Below, in pieces: positions 1-12,809 of a stretch of DNA of 24,000 nt. Numbering within the stretch: the stretch's first letter is position 1; each line of letters opens with the position of its first letter. The notes below the pieces were generated by a model. That model was not told the origin of the DNA and did no database searches. It saw only the letters and a list, made by a program, of their open reading frames with translations. This DNA is from Pseudomonadota bacterium (GTDB lineage: Bacteria; Pseudomonadota; Gammaproteobacteria; Burkholderiales; Ferrovaceae), in assembly GCA_021826025.1 (NCBI GenBank), contig JAKBBG010000004.1:22672-46671 (forward strand). Reading direction: 5' to 3'. A program made the position numbers and the translations under genes.

Positions 1-25
1 GGAAACACGGCTTTCTTTATGGGTT

Positions 26-3096
<3,071 letters not shown>

Positions 3097-3108
3097 CCAC
3101 TCCCCCCG

Positions 3109-6100
3109 TCAGGCTGCGACGCTTTCTGCCATGCGGATCGCTTCTTCGATATCCACGGCAACCATGCGGGACACACCGGATTCGGCCATGGTGATGCCCA
3201 CCAGTTGCTCCGCCATTTCCATGGCGATTTTGTTGTGCGTGATGAAAAGAAACTGGGTTTGTTCGGCCATTTTTTGCACCAGCCGCACGAACCGTTCGGT
3301 ATTGGTATCATCCAGCGGCGCATCCACTTCGTCGAGCAGGCAGAACGGGGCCGGGTTGAGCTGGAACAGGGAAAAGACCAGTGAAAGCGCCGTCAGCGCC
3401 TTCTCTCCGCCGGACAAAAGATGAATGGATGTGGTCTTCTTGCCCGGCGGCTGCGCCACAATCTGGACTCCGGCATCGAGAATTTCGTCGCCGGTCAATT
3501 CGATGCGCGCATGCCCGCCCCCGAAAAGGGTTGGAAACAGGGTGCTGAAACTGGCGTTCACGCGATCAAACGTTTCCTTTAATTGGTCCCGCGTTTCCCG
3601 GTCGATCTTGCGCATGGCGCTTTCGAGCGTCTCCACAGCGGCATGCAGGTCGGCCATTTGCGCATCCAGCCAAGTCTTGCGCTCGCGCGCCGTTTCGAGT
3701 TCGGCCAGCGCCGCGAGGTTTACCGCGCCCAATGCGGCAATGCGTTCGTTGAGGCCGTCGATTTCGGACTGAAGCGTGCTGCTGCGCACGCCCTTTTCCA
3801 GCATTTCAGCCAACGCGGCTTCATCCGCCTGGTTGGCCGCCAGACTTTCCTGGGCGCGCTCCACATTCAGGCGCGCCTCCTGCTCCCGCAGCCGCAACTC
3901 TTCGAGGCGAGCCCGCAAGGGGTCTTGTCGCTGCTGCGTGGCAAGCCGCTGCTCTTCCAACTCGCGCAACCCCGCGGTCAGGTCTTCGAGCGTCGAACGG
4001 GCTTCCGCGAGGATCCGTTCGCACTGGGTACGACGCCCCAGCGCGACCTGAAGCGCTTCGACAAGCGGCGCTTCCCGCGCTTCCGAAAGCGACTGGTTCA
4101 AGGCCTGCAGGCGCGGTTCCCTCTGGGCAAGCCGTTCCAAGGCGGCGCGACGCACGTCTTCCAGATGGGCAATGCGTTCGCCGGCGGATTTTTCCATGAA
4201 ACCCGCTTCCTGCAAGGCTTTTTCGGCCGTTTGCAGGGCGTTGCGACGCATTTCCCTGGACTGCTCGGCTTCCCGCCAGGCCTGGTCGAGGGTGGCCAGC
4301 TGTTCCCTGATTGTGCCGAACTCCTGTTCGGCTTCCGCCAGCTGCGCCTGGTGATGCAGCAACCGCTCCCGTTCCAGTCCCTCCTGGCGCTCCACTTCAG
4401 CCAGTTCCTCATGCACCTGTCGCACCCGCTGCTGATGTCGCTCGATCTGACCTTGCAGCCGGGTGCGTTCCACGTCCAGCACATGGCGCGCCGCTTCCGC
4501 TTCGCGCAGGCGCCTGCCAGCGTCCGTCAATTCGGCGCGACATTCCGCCAGAAAGGCTTCAGCGCTCGTGCGCGCCTCTTCGAGAACCCTGCAACCTTGT
4601 TCCTGCCGATCGAACGCTGCGCGGCGCGTTTCGATTTCCCGGGCACGGGAGAGGGCACCATGGAATTCGTCACGCGGCGCAAAAAACAACACCGCATGAC
4701 GGTCGACCAAGTGTCCGTCCGGAGTCACGAGGAGCATTCCGGGAGCCAGACGGGCAGCCTGGGCAAGCGCATCGCTGAAATGCTCGACCGCAAAAACGCC
4801 ATGCATCCAGGTTTCCAGGGCGGCGCCACAATGAGTGTCGCGAACCGTCACCAGGTTGCGCAGGGGGGTGAGCCCCGGCATGGCATCTGATCCGGGAAGG
4901 GCGCCTTCTGTGGCACCCGGCTTGAACAGCGCGACGCCCGAAGGGATTTCGTCTGCCGCCCACCGGGCCATGCGACCGTCGTCTTCGCTCTGGAATGCAT
5001 GCAGGCGGGCTCCCAGCACCGCTTCCACGGCAGGCTCCCATCCCGGGGCCACGTCGATGCCTTGCCAGAACATGGGCAGGCTGGACAGGCCATGGCGGCG
5101 TACCAAATCCTGCGCCCGTTCCTTCACGCCCAGTTTGGCCTGAAGCGATTCCAGCGCGACCGTTTCCGCTTCGAGGCGGCTGCGTTCGCGCGAAGCTGCG
5201 TCTGCTCGTTCGCGGGACTCCGCAAACGTCCGCTCGCAACGCTCCAGCCTGGTCTGGGCAGCTTGCCTCGTTGCGTCCAAAATGGCGCAGCCCACTTCCG
5301 TCTCGCGCAGCCTGGAGGCCAGCTCATCGAGACGACGGGCATCGGGAGCCGCCCATTGCCCCTGCTCTTCCTGCAGGCGGCGGCGCCGCTCGGCCAGCTG
5401 CGCCTGCAGCCGTTCGGACGCCGTGCGCTCGGAACGGGCCGTGCTGATCCTTGCCTGAATCCGGCTTTCGCCTTCGCGCGCCTGATCCAACGCCTGGCGC
5501 CGGGTCTTGCTTTGCGCTTCTGCCAACGGCGAGGACTCCCGCTCCTGGGCCACGCGCGCACTCGCCACCTGCACCAGTTCCCGGGCTCGCTGCAACTCTT
5601 CCTGCAGTCGTGCAAGCGATGCCTGGTCGGACTCCAGCCGCTGACGGTCTTCCCCGATTTCCTGCCCCAGCCTCGCTATTTCGGCTTCCAGCCGACGACG
5701 CTCACTGCGCAGGGATTCCAGGCGGCTTTCGGCCTGGGACACTTCGGCATTGGCCTGGTAGAGCGTTCCCTGGGCGTTGTTGAGCGCGTCGCTGGCGCCA
5801 TAGTGCGCAGTGCGCTGTTCCTCGATCCGGCGTTCCAGGTCGCGCAGGCCGGCGATGGCCGCATCCAGTTCGATCTGGGTCTTTTCGATGTCGCGCTGCG
5901 CTTTCGCACGACTCGCTTCCGCGTCGCGCTTGCGCGAAAAAAGCAACAGGTTCTGGGCGCGCGTCAGTTCATCCTGAAGGGAACGCCACAGGGTCGCCAC
6001 TTCCGCCTGTCCGGCAAGCTTTTCGATCTGCTGCCCCAGTTCGCGCGCGATGTCTTCGGTCCGCGTCAGGTGGCCACGCGTGTCCTGGAGGCGAAGTTCC

Positions 6101-6639
6101 GTTTCGCGCCGGCGATCCTTGTAACGCGAGATGCCGGCCGCCTCTTCCAGGAAAACCCGTATTTCCTCGGGCTTCGATTCGACGATGCGGGAAATCATTC
6201 CCTGTTCGATGATGGCGTAGGCGCGAGGGCCCAACCCCGTCCCCATGAACATGTCCTGCACGTCGCGCCGACGCACGTGGACGTTGTTGATGTAATAGTT
6301 GGAAACGCCATCGCGCGCCAGGACCCGGCGCACCGCGATTTCTGCATATTCGGACCATTGGCCGGGAGCGCGCCCATCCGTGTTGTCGAAGACCAGTTCG
6401 ACGCTGGCCCGCCCCTGCGGCTTGCGGTCCGCAGTCCCGCCGAAAATCACATCCTGCAGGGTTTCGCCCCGCAAGTGGCGCGCCTGGGATTCGCCCAGGA
6501 CCCATCGGACCGCATCGATCACGTTGGACTTGCCGCAACCGTTGGGGCCCACCACGCCGACCAGTTTGCCCGGCACAGGAATTTGGGTGGGTTCGGCAAA
6601 TGATTTGAAGCCGGCAAGCTTGATATGTTTGAGGTGCAA
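3109..6639 (-). CDS. smc: Chromosome segregation ATPase SMC (condensin core subunit)
   Basis: Walker A (GPNGCGKSN) lies right after the conserved N-terminus HLKHIKLAGFKSF. Long coiled-coil arms rich in E/R/A/L/Q flank a central hinge. The C-terminal head has the signature LSGGEKALTALSL and Walker B FCLLDEVDAPLDD. I place the start at TTG 6639 rather than the ORF-track ATG at 6747 (see findings). Confidence 0.93.
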   Translation of the reverse strand: MHLKHIKLAGFKSFAEPTQIPVPGKLVGVVGPNGCGKSNVIDAVRWVLGESQARHLRGETLQDVIFGGTADRKPQGRASVELVFDNTDGRAPGQWSEYAEIAVRRVLARDGVSNYYINNVHVRRRDVQDMFMGTGLGPRAYAIIEQGMISRIVESKPEEIRVFLEEAAGISRYKDRRRETELRLQDTRGHLTRTEDIARELGQQIEKLAGQAEVATLWRSLQDELTRAQNLLLFSRKRDAEASRAKAQRDIEKTQIELDAAIAGLRDLERRIEEQRTAHYGASDALNNAQGTLYQANAEVSQAESRLESLRSERRRLEAEIARLGQEIGEDRQRLESDQASLARLQEELQRARELVQVASARVAQERESSPLAEAQSKTRRQALDQAREGESRIQARISTARSERTASERLQAQLAERRRRLQEEQGQWAAPDARRLDELASRLRETEVGCAILDATRQAAQTRLERCERTFAESRERADAASRERSRLEAETVALESLQAKLGVKERAQDLVRRHGLSSLPMFWQGIDVAPGWEPAVEAVLGARLHAFQSEDDGRMARWAADEIPSGVALFKPGATEGALPGSDAMPGLTPLRNLVTVRDTHCGAALETWMHGVFAVEHFSDALAQAARLAPGMLLVTPDGHLVDRHAVLFFAPRDEFHGALSRAREIETRRAAFDRQEQGCRVLEEARTSAEAFLAECRAELTDAGRRLREAEAARHVLDVERTRLQGQIERHQQRVRQVHEELAEVERQEGLERERLLHHQAQLAEAEQEFGTIREQLATLDQAWREAEQSREMRRNALQTAEKALQEAGFMEKSAGERIAHLEDVRRAALERLAQREPRLQALNQSLSEAREAPLVEALQVALGRRTQCERILAEARSTLEDLTAGLRELEEQRLATQQRQDPLRARLEELRLREQEARLNVERAQESLAANQADEAALAEMLEKGVRSSTLQSEIDGLNERIAALGAVNLAALAELETARERKTWLDAQMADLHAAVETLESAMRKIDRETRDQLKETFDRVNASFSTLFPTLFGGGHARIELTGDEILDAGVQIVAQPPGKKTTSIHLLSGGEKALTALSLVFSLFQLNPAPFCLLDEVDAPLDDTNTERFVRLVQKMAEQTQFLFITHNKIAMEMAEQLVGITMAESGVSRMVAVDIEEAIRMAESVAA

Positions 6640-6706
6640 TTGAGCGCCAATGGACAAAAAAAGTTTAGAATGCGAGGATTTTACCCGATAATAGGACGAC
6701 TCCCCA
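6640..6706. promoter_or_regulatory. AT-rich divergent intergenic region between smc (-) and queF (+); probable back-to-back promoters
   Basis: This 67-bp gap is clearly more AT-rich than its flanks. On the plus strand, TTTAGA (6664-6669), a 17-nt spacer and GATAAT (6687-6692) form a candidate promoter. On the minus strand, TTGGGG (6707..6702), an 18-nt spacer and TAAAAT (6683..6678) form another. An AGGAC Shine-Dalgarno-like element lies about 9 nt before the queF ATG. These are hexamer matches only, with no experimental support. Confidence 0.3.
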
Positions 6707-7126
6707 ATGGCCTCGCAACCCAGCAGAACCCTGGAGACCTTCCCCAACCCGAATCCGGGCAGGGATTACCTGATCCATATGGAGCTGCCGGAGTTCACCT
6801 GCCTCTGCCCAAAGACCGGACAGCCCGATTTCGCCTGGCTGACTCTCGACTACATCCCCGAATCGCTCAACGTCGAACTGAAAAGCCTCAAGCTGTACCT
6901 CTGGTCTTTCCGCAATGAAGGCGCGTTTCATGAAGCCGTGACAAACCGCATTCTGGACGACCTGGTCGCCGCCACTGCTCCCCGCTTCCTGCGCCTGCTG
7001 GCGCGCTGGAACGTGCGCGGCGGCATTTTCACGCACGTGATGGCGGAACACCGCGCACCGGGATGGGAACCTTCCATTCCTCTGCCGCCGCTCGCGTTCC
7101 CTGCCGCCTCCCCCACCGGGATGTGA
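6707..7126 (+). CDS. queF: NADPH-dependent 7-cyano-7-deazaguanine (preQ0) reductase, unimodular type I QueF
   Basis: 139 aa. It has the catalytic Cys context [14 protein letters not shown] and the QueF motif [12 protein letters not shown]. Its length fits the small single-domain QueF subfamily. Confidence 0.93.
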   Translation: MASQPSRTLETFPNPNPGRDYLIHMELPEFTCLCPKTGQPDFAWLTLDYIPESLNVELKSLKLYLWSFRNEGAFHEAVTNRILDDLVAATAPRFLRLLARWNVRGGIFTHVMAEHRAPGWEPSIPLPPLAFPAASPTGM

Positions 7127-7136
7127 AGCGTCGGCC

Positions 7137-8366
7137 ATGAACCCCCGTCTGGAGCGCCTGCAGCCATACCCCTTTGAACGCCTGCGCCGTCTGATGCAGG
7201 GCGTGCATCCCGCCCCCGGTTTTGCGCCCATAGCCCTGTCCGTCGGTGAGCCGCGGCACGCCACGCCGGCCTTTATCCAGGATGCCCTGGCGCGACACCT
7301 TTCCGGCTTGTCACACTATCCTGCCACGCTGGGAAGCGACAGCCTCCGCGAATCCATCGTCGCCTGGCTCCAGCGCCGTTTCGGCCTGCAGGCGCTTGAC
7401 CCCGGGACGGAAGTGGTTCCCACGCTGGGCAGCCGCGAAGCCTTGTTTTCCGTGACCCAGGTGTTGATGGACCCCGACCGGCCGGATGCCTATGCCGTCT
7501 GCCCAAACCCGTTTTACCAGATCTACGAGGGGGCAACGTTGCTCGCAGGCGGACAACCCTGGTTCGTCAATGCCGACCCCGCCCGCGGTTTCCTGGTGGA
7601 TTACGCATCAGTGCCCTCGACCGTCTGGGCGCGCACGCAGGTGGTGTACACCTGCTCCCCCGGAAATCCTACGGGACGCGTGATGTCGCTGGATGAATGG
7701 CGTACCCTGTTCGAACTGTCGGACCGCTACGGTTTTGCCATCGTGAGCGACGAATGCTACTCGGAAATCTACTCCGATGAATTGCATCCGCCGCTGGGTT
7801 CGCTGCAAGCGGCCCAGATTTTGGGGCGCGCGGGATATCCTCGCCTCATCGTCATGGGCAGCCTGTCCAAGCGCTCCAACGTACCTGGACTGCGCTCGGG
7901 ATTTGCGGCCGGAGACCGCAAACTGCTGCAGCGTTTCGCGCTCTATCGCACCTACCACGGCAGCGCCATGAATCCCGCGGTCCAGGCCGCCAGCGAGGCC
8001 GCCTGGCGCGACGAAGCCCACGTGCAGGAAAACCGCCGGCTGTACCGGGAAAAAATGGAAACCTTCCACCGCATCGTACATCCGCACCTGGCCCTCGAAA
8101 TCCCTGAAGCGGGTTTCTATTACTGGGCCCGCACCCCGATGCCGGACACAGACTTTTCCGTTGGCCTGATGCGCGAAACCAACGTGGCCGTCCTGCCCGG
8201 CAGCCTGCTTGCGCGTACCGCCCATGGCGCCAACCCCGGGCACCAGCGCATCCGCATCGCCCTGGTCGGCAGCCTGGAGGAGACCATCGAGGCCGCGCAC
8301 CGTCTGGTTGCTTTCACCCACTCGCTACAGGAAAATTCCCATGTCGCCGCACCAACCCCTGATTGA
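7137..8366 (+). CDS. dapC: Succinyldiaminopimelate transaminase (class I PLP aminotransferase, beta-proteobacterial DapC type)
   Basis: 409 aa. The N-terminus [17 protein letters not shown] is typical of this family, and the PLP-lysine context is [15 protein letters not shown]. It lies directly upstream of, and overlaps, dapD in a dapC-dapD-...-dapE cluster. Confidence 0.88.
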   Translation: MNPRLERLQPYPFERLRRLMQGVHPAPGFAPIALSVGEPRHATPAFIQDALARHLSGLSHYPATLGSDSLRESIVAWLQRRFGLQALDPGTEVVPTLGSREALFSVTQVLMDPDRPDAYAVCPNPFYQIYEGATLLAGGQPWFVNADPARGFLVDYASVPSTVWARTQVVYTCSPGNPTGRVMSLDEWRTLFELSDRYGFAIVSDECYSEIYSDELHPPLGSLQAAQILGRAGYPRLIVMGSLSKRSNVPGLRSGFAAGDRKLLQRFALYRTYHGSAMNPAVQAASEAAWRDEAHVQENRRLYREKMETFHRIVHPHLALEIPEAGFYYWARTPMPDTDFSVGLMRETNVAVLPGSLLARTAHGANPGHQRIRIALVGSLEETIEAAHRLVAFTHSLQENSHVAAPTPD

Positions 8367-9162
8367 AGACGCTTTCGAAAATCGCGCCTCCTGGGCCGCC
8401 TCGGCCCCTCCGGCCGGATTGCGCGTTGCCGTCGACGCGGTGCTCGACGATCTCGATGCCGGCACCCTCCGGGTGGCCGAGAAGATCGACGGCACATGGA
8501 TCACCCACCAGTGGATCAAAAAAGCGGTCCTGTTGTCCTTTCGCCTGAAGGACAACGCCCGCATCGAAGGCGGATTCACCCAGTACTGGGACAAGGTGGA
8601 CAGCAAATTTGCCCTTTATGCCGACCGCGACTTCGAAGCCGGGGGCTTCCGCGTGGTGCCGCCTGCCGTGGCCCGGCGTGGCTGTCACATCGCCCGCAAC
8701 GTGGTGCTCATGCCCTCCTACGTGAACATTGGCGCCTTCGTGGACGAATCCACCATGGTCGACACATGGGCCACGGTGGGATCCTGTGCGCAGATCGGAA
8801 AGCACGTGCATCTTTCGGGCGGCGTAGGCATCGGGGGCGTGCTTGAACCGGTCCAGGCGAACCCCACCATCATCGAAGATCATTGTTTCATCGGAGCCCG
8901 CTCGGAAATCGTGGAAGGCGTCATCGTGGGAGAAGGTTCCGTCATCTCCATGGGTGTTTACATCGGCCAGAGCACCAAGATTTACGACCGCGAAACGGGG
9001 ACCGTCAGCTACGGCCACGTTCCTCCCGGCTCCGTGGTGGTGTCAGGCAACTTGCCGTCGGCCAACGGGCAGTACAGCCTCTATTGCGCGGTCATCGTGA
9101 AAAAGGTGGATGCCAAAACGCGGGCCAAAACCAGCATCAACGAACTGTTGCGGGGCGACTGA
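8341..9162 (+). CDS. dapD: 2,3,4,5-tetrahydropyridine-2,6-dicarboxylate N-succinyltransferase
   Basis: 273 aa from ATG 8341. The N-terminus [15 protein letters not shown]...[27 protein letters not shown] matches the DapD N-terminal domain. It is followed by left-handed beta-helix hexapeptide repeats ([36 protein letters not shown]...). The 44 extra codons from ATG 8209 overlap the conserved dapC C-terminus in another frame and were rejected. Confidence 0.95.
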   Translation: MSPHQPLIEDAFENRASWAASAPPAGLRVAVDAVLDDLDAGTLRVAEKIDGTWITHQWIKKAVLLSFRLKDNARIEGGFTQYWDKVDSKFALYADRDFEAGGFRVVPPAVARRGCHIARNVVLMPSYVNIGAFVDESTMVDTWATVGSCAQIGKHVHLSGGVGIGGVLEPVQANPTIIEDHCFIGARSEIVEGVIVGEGSVISMGVYIGQSTKIYDRETGTVSYGHVPPGSVVVSGNLPSANGQYSLYCAVIVKKVDAKTRAKTSINELLRGD

Positions 9163-9165
9163 ACC

Positions 9166-9966
9166 GTGTGCCTGCTCGCGGTCGCCTGGAAAGCACACCC
9201 GGCCTATGCCCTGGCCGTTGTGGCCAATCGCGACGAATTCCACGCGCGCCCCAGCGCGCCGGCCGCCTACTGGCCGGACCATCCCGATATTTTTGCCGGC
9301 CGCGACCTGGAAGCCGGCGGGACCTGGCTGGGAACCACCCGAAGCGGCCGGTTCGCAGCCCTCACCAACTACCGGGATCCTTCGCAGTTCGACCGCAAAC
9401 GCCGCTCGCGCGGAGAACTTCCGCGTGAATTCCTGGCCGGCGGCGCACCGCCCCTGCCTTGGCTTGAGACGGTCAAACAACGCCTGTCGGATTACAACGA
9501 TTTCAACCTGCTGGCGGGCGACGCCCGCCAGCTGTTCTGTCTGGAAAGCCGGACGGCCGCCATCATTCCGCTCCCTCCCGGCATTTACGGGCTCAGCAAC
9601 CATTTGCTGGATACGCCCTGGCCCAAGGTGCTCGCGGCAAAGCGCGGTCTTGCCGCCGTGCTGGAAACCCTGCCGGAAACGGCCCAACCACCGGAAGCGT
9701 TCCCCCGGCATCTGGCCGACCTGTCTGCGCGACTGATGGGCCTTCTGGCCGACCCGACGCCCTATCCCGACGACCTCCTGCCCGACACGGGCATCCCCCT
9801 TGCCCGCGAACGGCTGATTTCCGCAGCGTTCATCCGGGACCCGCAGTACGGGACGCGCAGCACCACGGTGCTGTTGCGGCAGGCGGACGGAACAGCCTGG
9901 TTCGGCGAACGCCGGTTCGGCCCGGAAGGGGATTGCACCGGCGAAACAGGCATAATGTTGCATTGA
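9166..9966 (+). CDS. NRDE-family protein (DUF833/TANGO2-like), function unknown
   Basis: 266 aa. A GTG start gives the family-typical N-terminus MCL (Cys2). The literal NRDE motif is present (VVANRDEF), with GGTWLG, SRGEL and YGTRS(T)TV blocks. The gene starts 3 nt after the dapD stop and ends 13 nt before the dapE start. Confidence 0.85.
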   Translation: MCLLAVAWKAHPAYALAVVANRDEFHARPSAPAAYWPDHPDIFAGRDLEAGGTWLGTTRSGRFAALTNYRDPSQFDRKRRSRGELPREFLAGGAPPLPWLETVKQRLSDYNDFNLLAGDARQLFCLESRTAAIIPLPPGIYGLSNHLLDTPWPKVLAAKRGLAAVLETLPETAQPPEAFPRHLADLSARLMGLLADPTPYPDDLLPDTGIPLARERLISAAFIRDPQYGTRSTTVLLRQADGTAWFGERRFGPEGDCTGETGIMLH

Positions 9967-9979
9967 GGAATGTCGCTTC

Positions 9980-11122
9980 ATGGACCCGACGCTTGAACTA
10001 GCCCAGCAATTGATTCGCCTGCCATCGGTCACGCCCGACGATGCCGGCTGCCAGGCGCTGTTGGCCCGGCGGCTCGCGCCCCTCGGGTTTTCCAGCGAAA
10101 AGCTCGTTTTCGGTGCCGTGCAAAACCTGTGGCTTCGCCGCGGAACCCAGGCTCCCCTGGTTGTGTTTGCGGGACATACGGACGTGGTCCCTCCGGGGCC
10201 TGAGGGCGGCTGGCTGTCGCCACCTTTTTCCCCTGAAATCAGGGACGGTTTCCTCTACGGCCGCGGCGCGGCCGACATGAAATCCTCGCTGGCCGCCTTC
10301 GTCACAGCCATCGAATCGTTTTGTGCGGCCCATCCGGCGGCATCGGGATCCATCGCCCTCCTACTGACATCCGACGAAGAAGGTCCGGCGGTGGACGGCA
10401 CGGCGCGCGTCGTGGAATGGCTCAGGCAGCGGGGCGAGCGGCCCGACTACTGTATCGTGGGCGAACCCACGTCCGTCAACCGTCTGGGCGACACCATCAA
10501 GAACGGCCGGCGTGGATCGCTTTCAGGCATTCTTACGGTGCGCGGACGACAGGGCCATGTAGCCTATCCTCATCTGGCACGGAACCCCATCCACCTCGCA
10601 TGCCCTGCGCTGGCTGAACTGGCTGCCATGGAATGGGATCAACCCAACGGGGATTTCCCGCCAACCACCTTCCAGATTTCCAATCTGCAAAGCGGCACGG
10701 GGGCATCCAACGTGGTTCCCGGAGAGCTGACGGCGTGGTTCAATTTTCGGTATTCCACCGCCAGCACGGATTCCTCACTGCGCGAACGCACGCAAGCCGT
10801 CCTCGAGCGACATGGCCTGGATTACGAACTGCGGTGGGAACTGGGAGCACGCCCATTCCTGACGCCGCGCGGCCCGCTCGTGTCCGCCGTCAGCGAAGCC
10901 ATCGTCGGAGTGACCGGCCATCCGCCTGAGGTTTCCACCACCGGCGGAACCTCCGATGGCCGTTTCCTGATCGGCATCTGCCCACAAGTCGTGGAACTGG
11001 GGCCCTGCAACGCCACCATTCACCAACGCAACGAATGCATCGCTGCGGCAGACCTGGCCCCGCTTTCGACCATTTACCGCCGGGTCCTCGAACTGCTGCT
11101 GCCTTCCGGAGCTTCCCCATGA
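9980..11122 (+). CDS. dapE: Succinyl-diaminopimelate desuccinylase (M20 metallopeptidase)
   Basis: 380 aa. The N-terminus ...[19 protein letters not shown] is typical. Metal-binding blocks are present: [24 protein letters not shown] and GTSDGRF. A GAGGAA Shine-Dalgarno lies about 9 nt upstream of the ATG. Confidence 0.95.
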   Translation: MDPTLELAQQLIRLPSVTPDDAGCQALLARRLAPLGFSSEKLVFGAVQNLWLRRGTQAPLVVFAGHTDVVPPGPEGGWLSPPFSPEIRDGFLYGRGAADMKSSLAAFVTAIESFCAAHPAASGSIALLLTSDEEGPAVDGTARVVEWLRQRGERPDYCIVGEPTSVNRLGDTIKNGRRGSLSGILTVRGRQGHVAYPHLARNPIHLACPALAELAAMEWDQPNGDFPPTTFQISNLQSGTGASNVVPGELTAWFNFRYSTASTDSSLRERTQAVLERHGLDYELRWELGARPFLTPRGPLVSAVSEAIVGVTGHPPEVSTTGGTSDGRFLIGICPQVVELGPCNATIHQRNECIAAADLAPLSTIYRRVLELLLPSGASP

Positions 11123-12021
11123 ACTGGACCCAGGCGGCGGACGAGCTTTCTACCGTGCGTGATCTGATCCGGTACGCGGTGACCGCATTTTCCTTCCACG
11201 AAGCCCATTTCGGGCATGGCTATCCCGGTCCGGTGGAAGAAGCCGGCTATCTGGTGCTCCATTCCTTGGGGCTGCCTCACGATCGACGCGAACTCTGGCT
11301 CGATGCCCGACTGTTGCCCGAGGAACGCCACACGGCGCTCGCATTGGTGCGGCGGCGCGCCGAAGAACGCATCCCGGCGGCCTATCTCACCCGCGAAGCC
11401 TGGCTCGGACCTTTCCGGTTTTATGTGGATGAACGTGTCATCATCCCGCGTTCGTTCATTGCCGATGCCTTGCAGGAAGGGCTGGAACCCTGGATCGAGG
11501 ATTTTTCAGCCGTCACCCGGGCTGCGGACATCTGCACTGGCGGCGGCTCGCTGGCCGTCCTGCTCGCCCTGCGTTGTCCGAATGCGCAGGTCGACGCCGT
11601 CGACCTGTCCCCCGACGCCCTCGCCGTGGCCCGCAAAAACGTGGGGGACTACGGGCTGGAGGATCGGGTTCGGCTACGCACGGGCGACCTCCTCGAAGGC
11701 TTCGATCGGCAGGCATACGACCTCATCATCTCGAATCCGCCCTACGTGGACGCGAAAGCCATGGCATCGCTTCCCGCCGAATACCGCAGGGAACCCGAGC
11801 TCGCCCTGGCCAGCGGCCAGGACGGTCTCGATCACGTGCGCCGGCTGATCGCACAGGCGCCGGCCTGCCTCAAGCCGGGAGGACTGCTGGTGGTGGAAGT
11901 CGGTCATCAGCGCGCCGCGCTGGAAGCGGCCTTTCCCGACATTCCCTGGGTCTGGCTCGACCTGCCTGGCGGAGACAGCTATGTTTTCGCCGTGTGCCGG
12001 GAGGACCTGCCGGGAGCCTGA
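11119..12021 (+). CDS. prmB: 50S ribosomal protein L3 glutamine N5-methyltransferase PrmB
   Basis: 300 aa from ATG 11119, in an ATGA overlap with the dapE stop. The PrmB-type N-terminus is [23 protein letters not shown]. The SAM-binding motif is [11 protein letters not shown] and the catalytic motif is NPPY (ISNPPYVD). The longer ORF from 11035 overlaps the dapE C-terminus and was rejected. Confidence 0.9.
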   Translation: MNWTQAADELSTVRDLIRYAVTAFSFHEAHFGHGYPGPVEEAGYLVLHSLGLPHDRRELWLDARLLPEERHTALALVRRRAEERIPAAYLTREAWLGPFRFYVDERVIIPRSFIADALQEGLEPWIEDFSAVTRAADICTGGGSLAVLLALRCPNAQVDAVDLSPDALAVARKNVGDYGLEDRVRLRTGDLLEGFDRQAYDLIISNPPYVDAKAMASLPAEYRREPELALASGQDGLDHVRRLIAQAPACLKPGGLLVVEVGHQRAALEAAFPDIPWVWLDLPGGDSYVFAVCREDLPGA

Positions 12022-12809
12022 CGGGGAGCGCGGCCGGGCCGGCGCGGCTTGGATTCCTGGCGCGCCGCCTGGGGAGTCATGCCGGCCCATTCCAAGACCC
12101 GCTTCACGTCCGCGGCCTCGAGTGCCACGAATTGTCCCCGTCTGAGGCGGGGCGGCAACTGAACGATCCCGAACCGGACGCGGATCAAACGCCCCACCAT
12201 GAGGTGCAGGGCCTCGAACATGCGCCGCACCTCCCGGTTTCGCCCTTCCTTGATCACCACCTGGTACCAGTGGTTGGTCCCTTCACCGCCGTTATCGCGA
12301 ATGCGCTCGAAGCGGGCCGGGCCATCTTCCAGGGGAATTTCCCGACAAGCCGTCCGTATCTGTTCTTCGTTCAGCTGCCCCACCACCCGGACAGCATATT
12401 CGCGCTCCACTTCGAAGCGCGGATGACTCAGGCGGTTGGCCAGCTCTCCGCTGGTGGTGAAAATCAGGAGCCCGCTGGTGTTGAAATCGAGGCGTCCCAC
12501 GCTGACCCATTTGGCTCCGCGCAGCCTGGGCAGTCTTTCGAACACGGAGGCGCGTCCGGAAGGGTCGTCACGGCTGACGATTTCCCCTTCCGGCTTGTGA
12601 TACAGCAGCACTTGGGGAAGCGTTTCTTCGAAATTCAGGCGCACGCGCCGGCGCGACACGGTCACCGTGTCATCCGGACCAATGCGGCTCCCGACAGTCG
12701 CGACCTGGCCATTGACGCGGACTTCTCCGGCCGCAATCAGGGCCTCCATGTCCCGTCGCGAGCCCAGCCCTGACTGGGCCAGCACCTTATGCAGTTTCTG
12801 GGAGGACAA
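11979..12809 (-). CDS. rluB: 23S rRNA pseudouridine synthase RluB (RsuA/RluB family)
   Basis: 276 aa. The N-terminal S4 domain reads [30 protein letters not shown]. The catalytic block is [11 protein letters not shown], and the C-terminal tail is basic and Arg/Pro-rich. The start overlaps the scpB 3' end by 23 nt. Confidence 0.9.
   Translation of the reverse strand: MSSQKLHKVLAQSGLGSRRDMEALIAAGEVRVNGQVATVGSRIGPDDTVTVSRRRVRLNFEETLPQVLLYHKPEGEIVSRDDPSGRASVFERLPRLRGAKWVSVGRLDFNTSGLLIFTTSGELANRLSHPRFEVEREYAVRVVGQLNEEQIRTACREIPLEDGPARFERIRDNGGEGTNHWYQVVIKEGRNREVRRMFEALHLMVGRLIRVRFGIVQLPPRLRRGQFVALEAADVKRVLEWAGMTPQAARQESKPRRPGRAPRQAPGRSSRHTAKT

Noticed and set aside
3583-6603. 435-aa and 534-aa plus-strand ORFs (3583-4890, 4999-6603) antisense to smc
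   Set aside because: They are in the same codon-aligned antisense frame as described above. The products are low-complexity, R/F/Q/L-rich mirror images of the SMC coiled coil. No motifs or start context support them.
6640-6706. Possible preQ1 riboswitch upstream of queF, suggested by the A-rich tract GGACAAAAAAAGTTTAG
   Set aside because: No P1 hairpin or C-rich loop that could pair with the A-tract and downstream segment as in preQ1-I. The region is only 67 nt and must also hold two promoters. The resemblance is limited to an A-run.
7186-7195. 9/10 match to the neisserial DNA uptake sequence (GCCGTCTGAt)
   Set aside because: This is a single imperfect copy inside dapC with no enrichment elsewhere in the window, which is consistent with chance in GC-rich DNA.
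8209-8340. Longer upstream starts offered by the ORF track for dapD (8209), prmB (11035), scpA (14240) and the PPIase (17128)
   Set aside because: In each case the extension overlaps the conserved C-terminus of the upstream gene in another frame and has no family counterpart. The conserved N-terminus begins at the internal ATG (8341, 11119, 14168, 17206), often in an ATGA or Shine-Dalgarno context.
9043-10032. 329-aa minus-strand ORF antisense to the NRDE gene
   Set aside because: This is a codon-aligned shadow of the NRDE gene with R/G/A/Q-rich nonsense composition. The plus-strand product has clear family motifs.
11979-12070. GC-rich near-palindrome (GCCGGGCCGGC around 12035-12050) as a possible bidirectional terminator at the prmB/rluB junction
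   Set aside because: The arms are only 5 nt with a 1-nt loop and do not extend. There is no flanking T/A tract, and the site lies inside the rluB coding sequence.
11574-12773. 399-aa plus-strand ORF overlapping the prmB 3' half (other frame) and antisense to rluB
   Set aside because: This is a shadow frame of rluB. It is extremely Arg/Pro/Gly-rich and conflicts with two well-supported genes.
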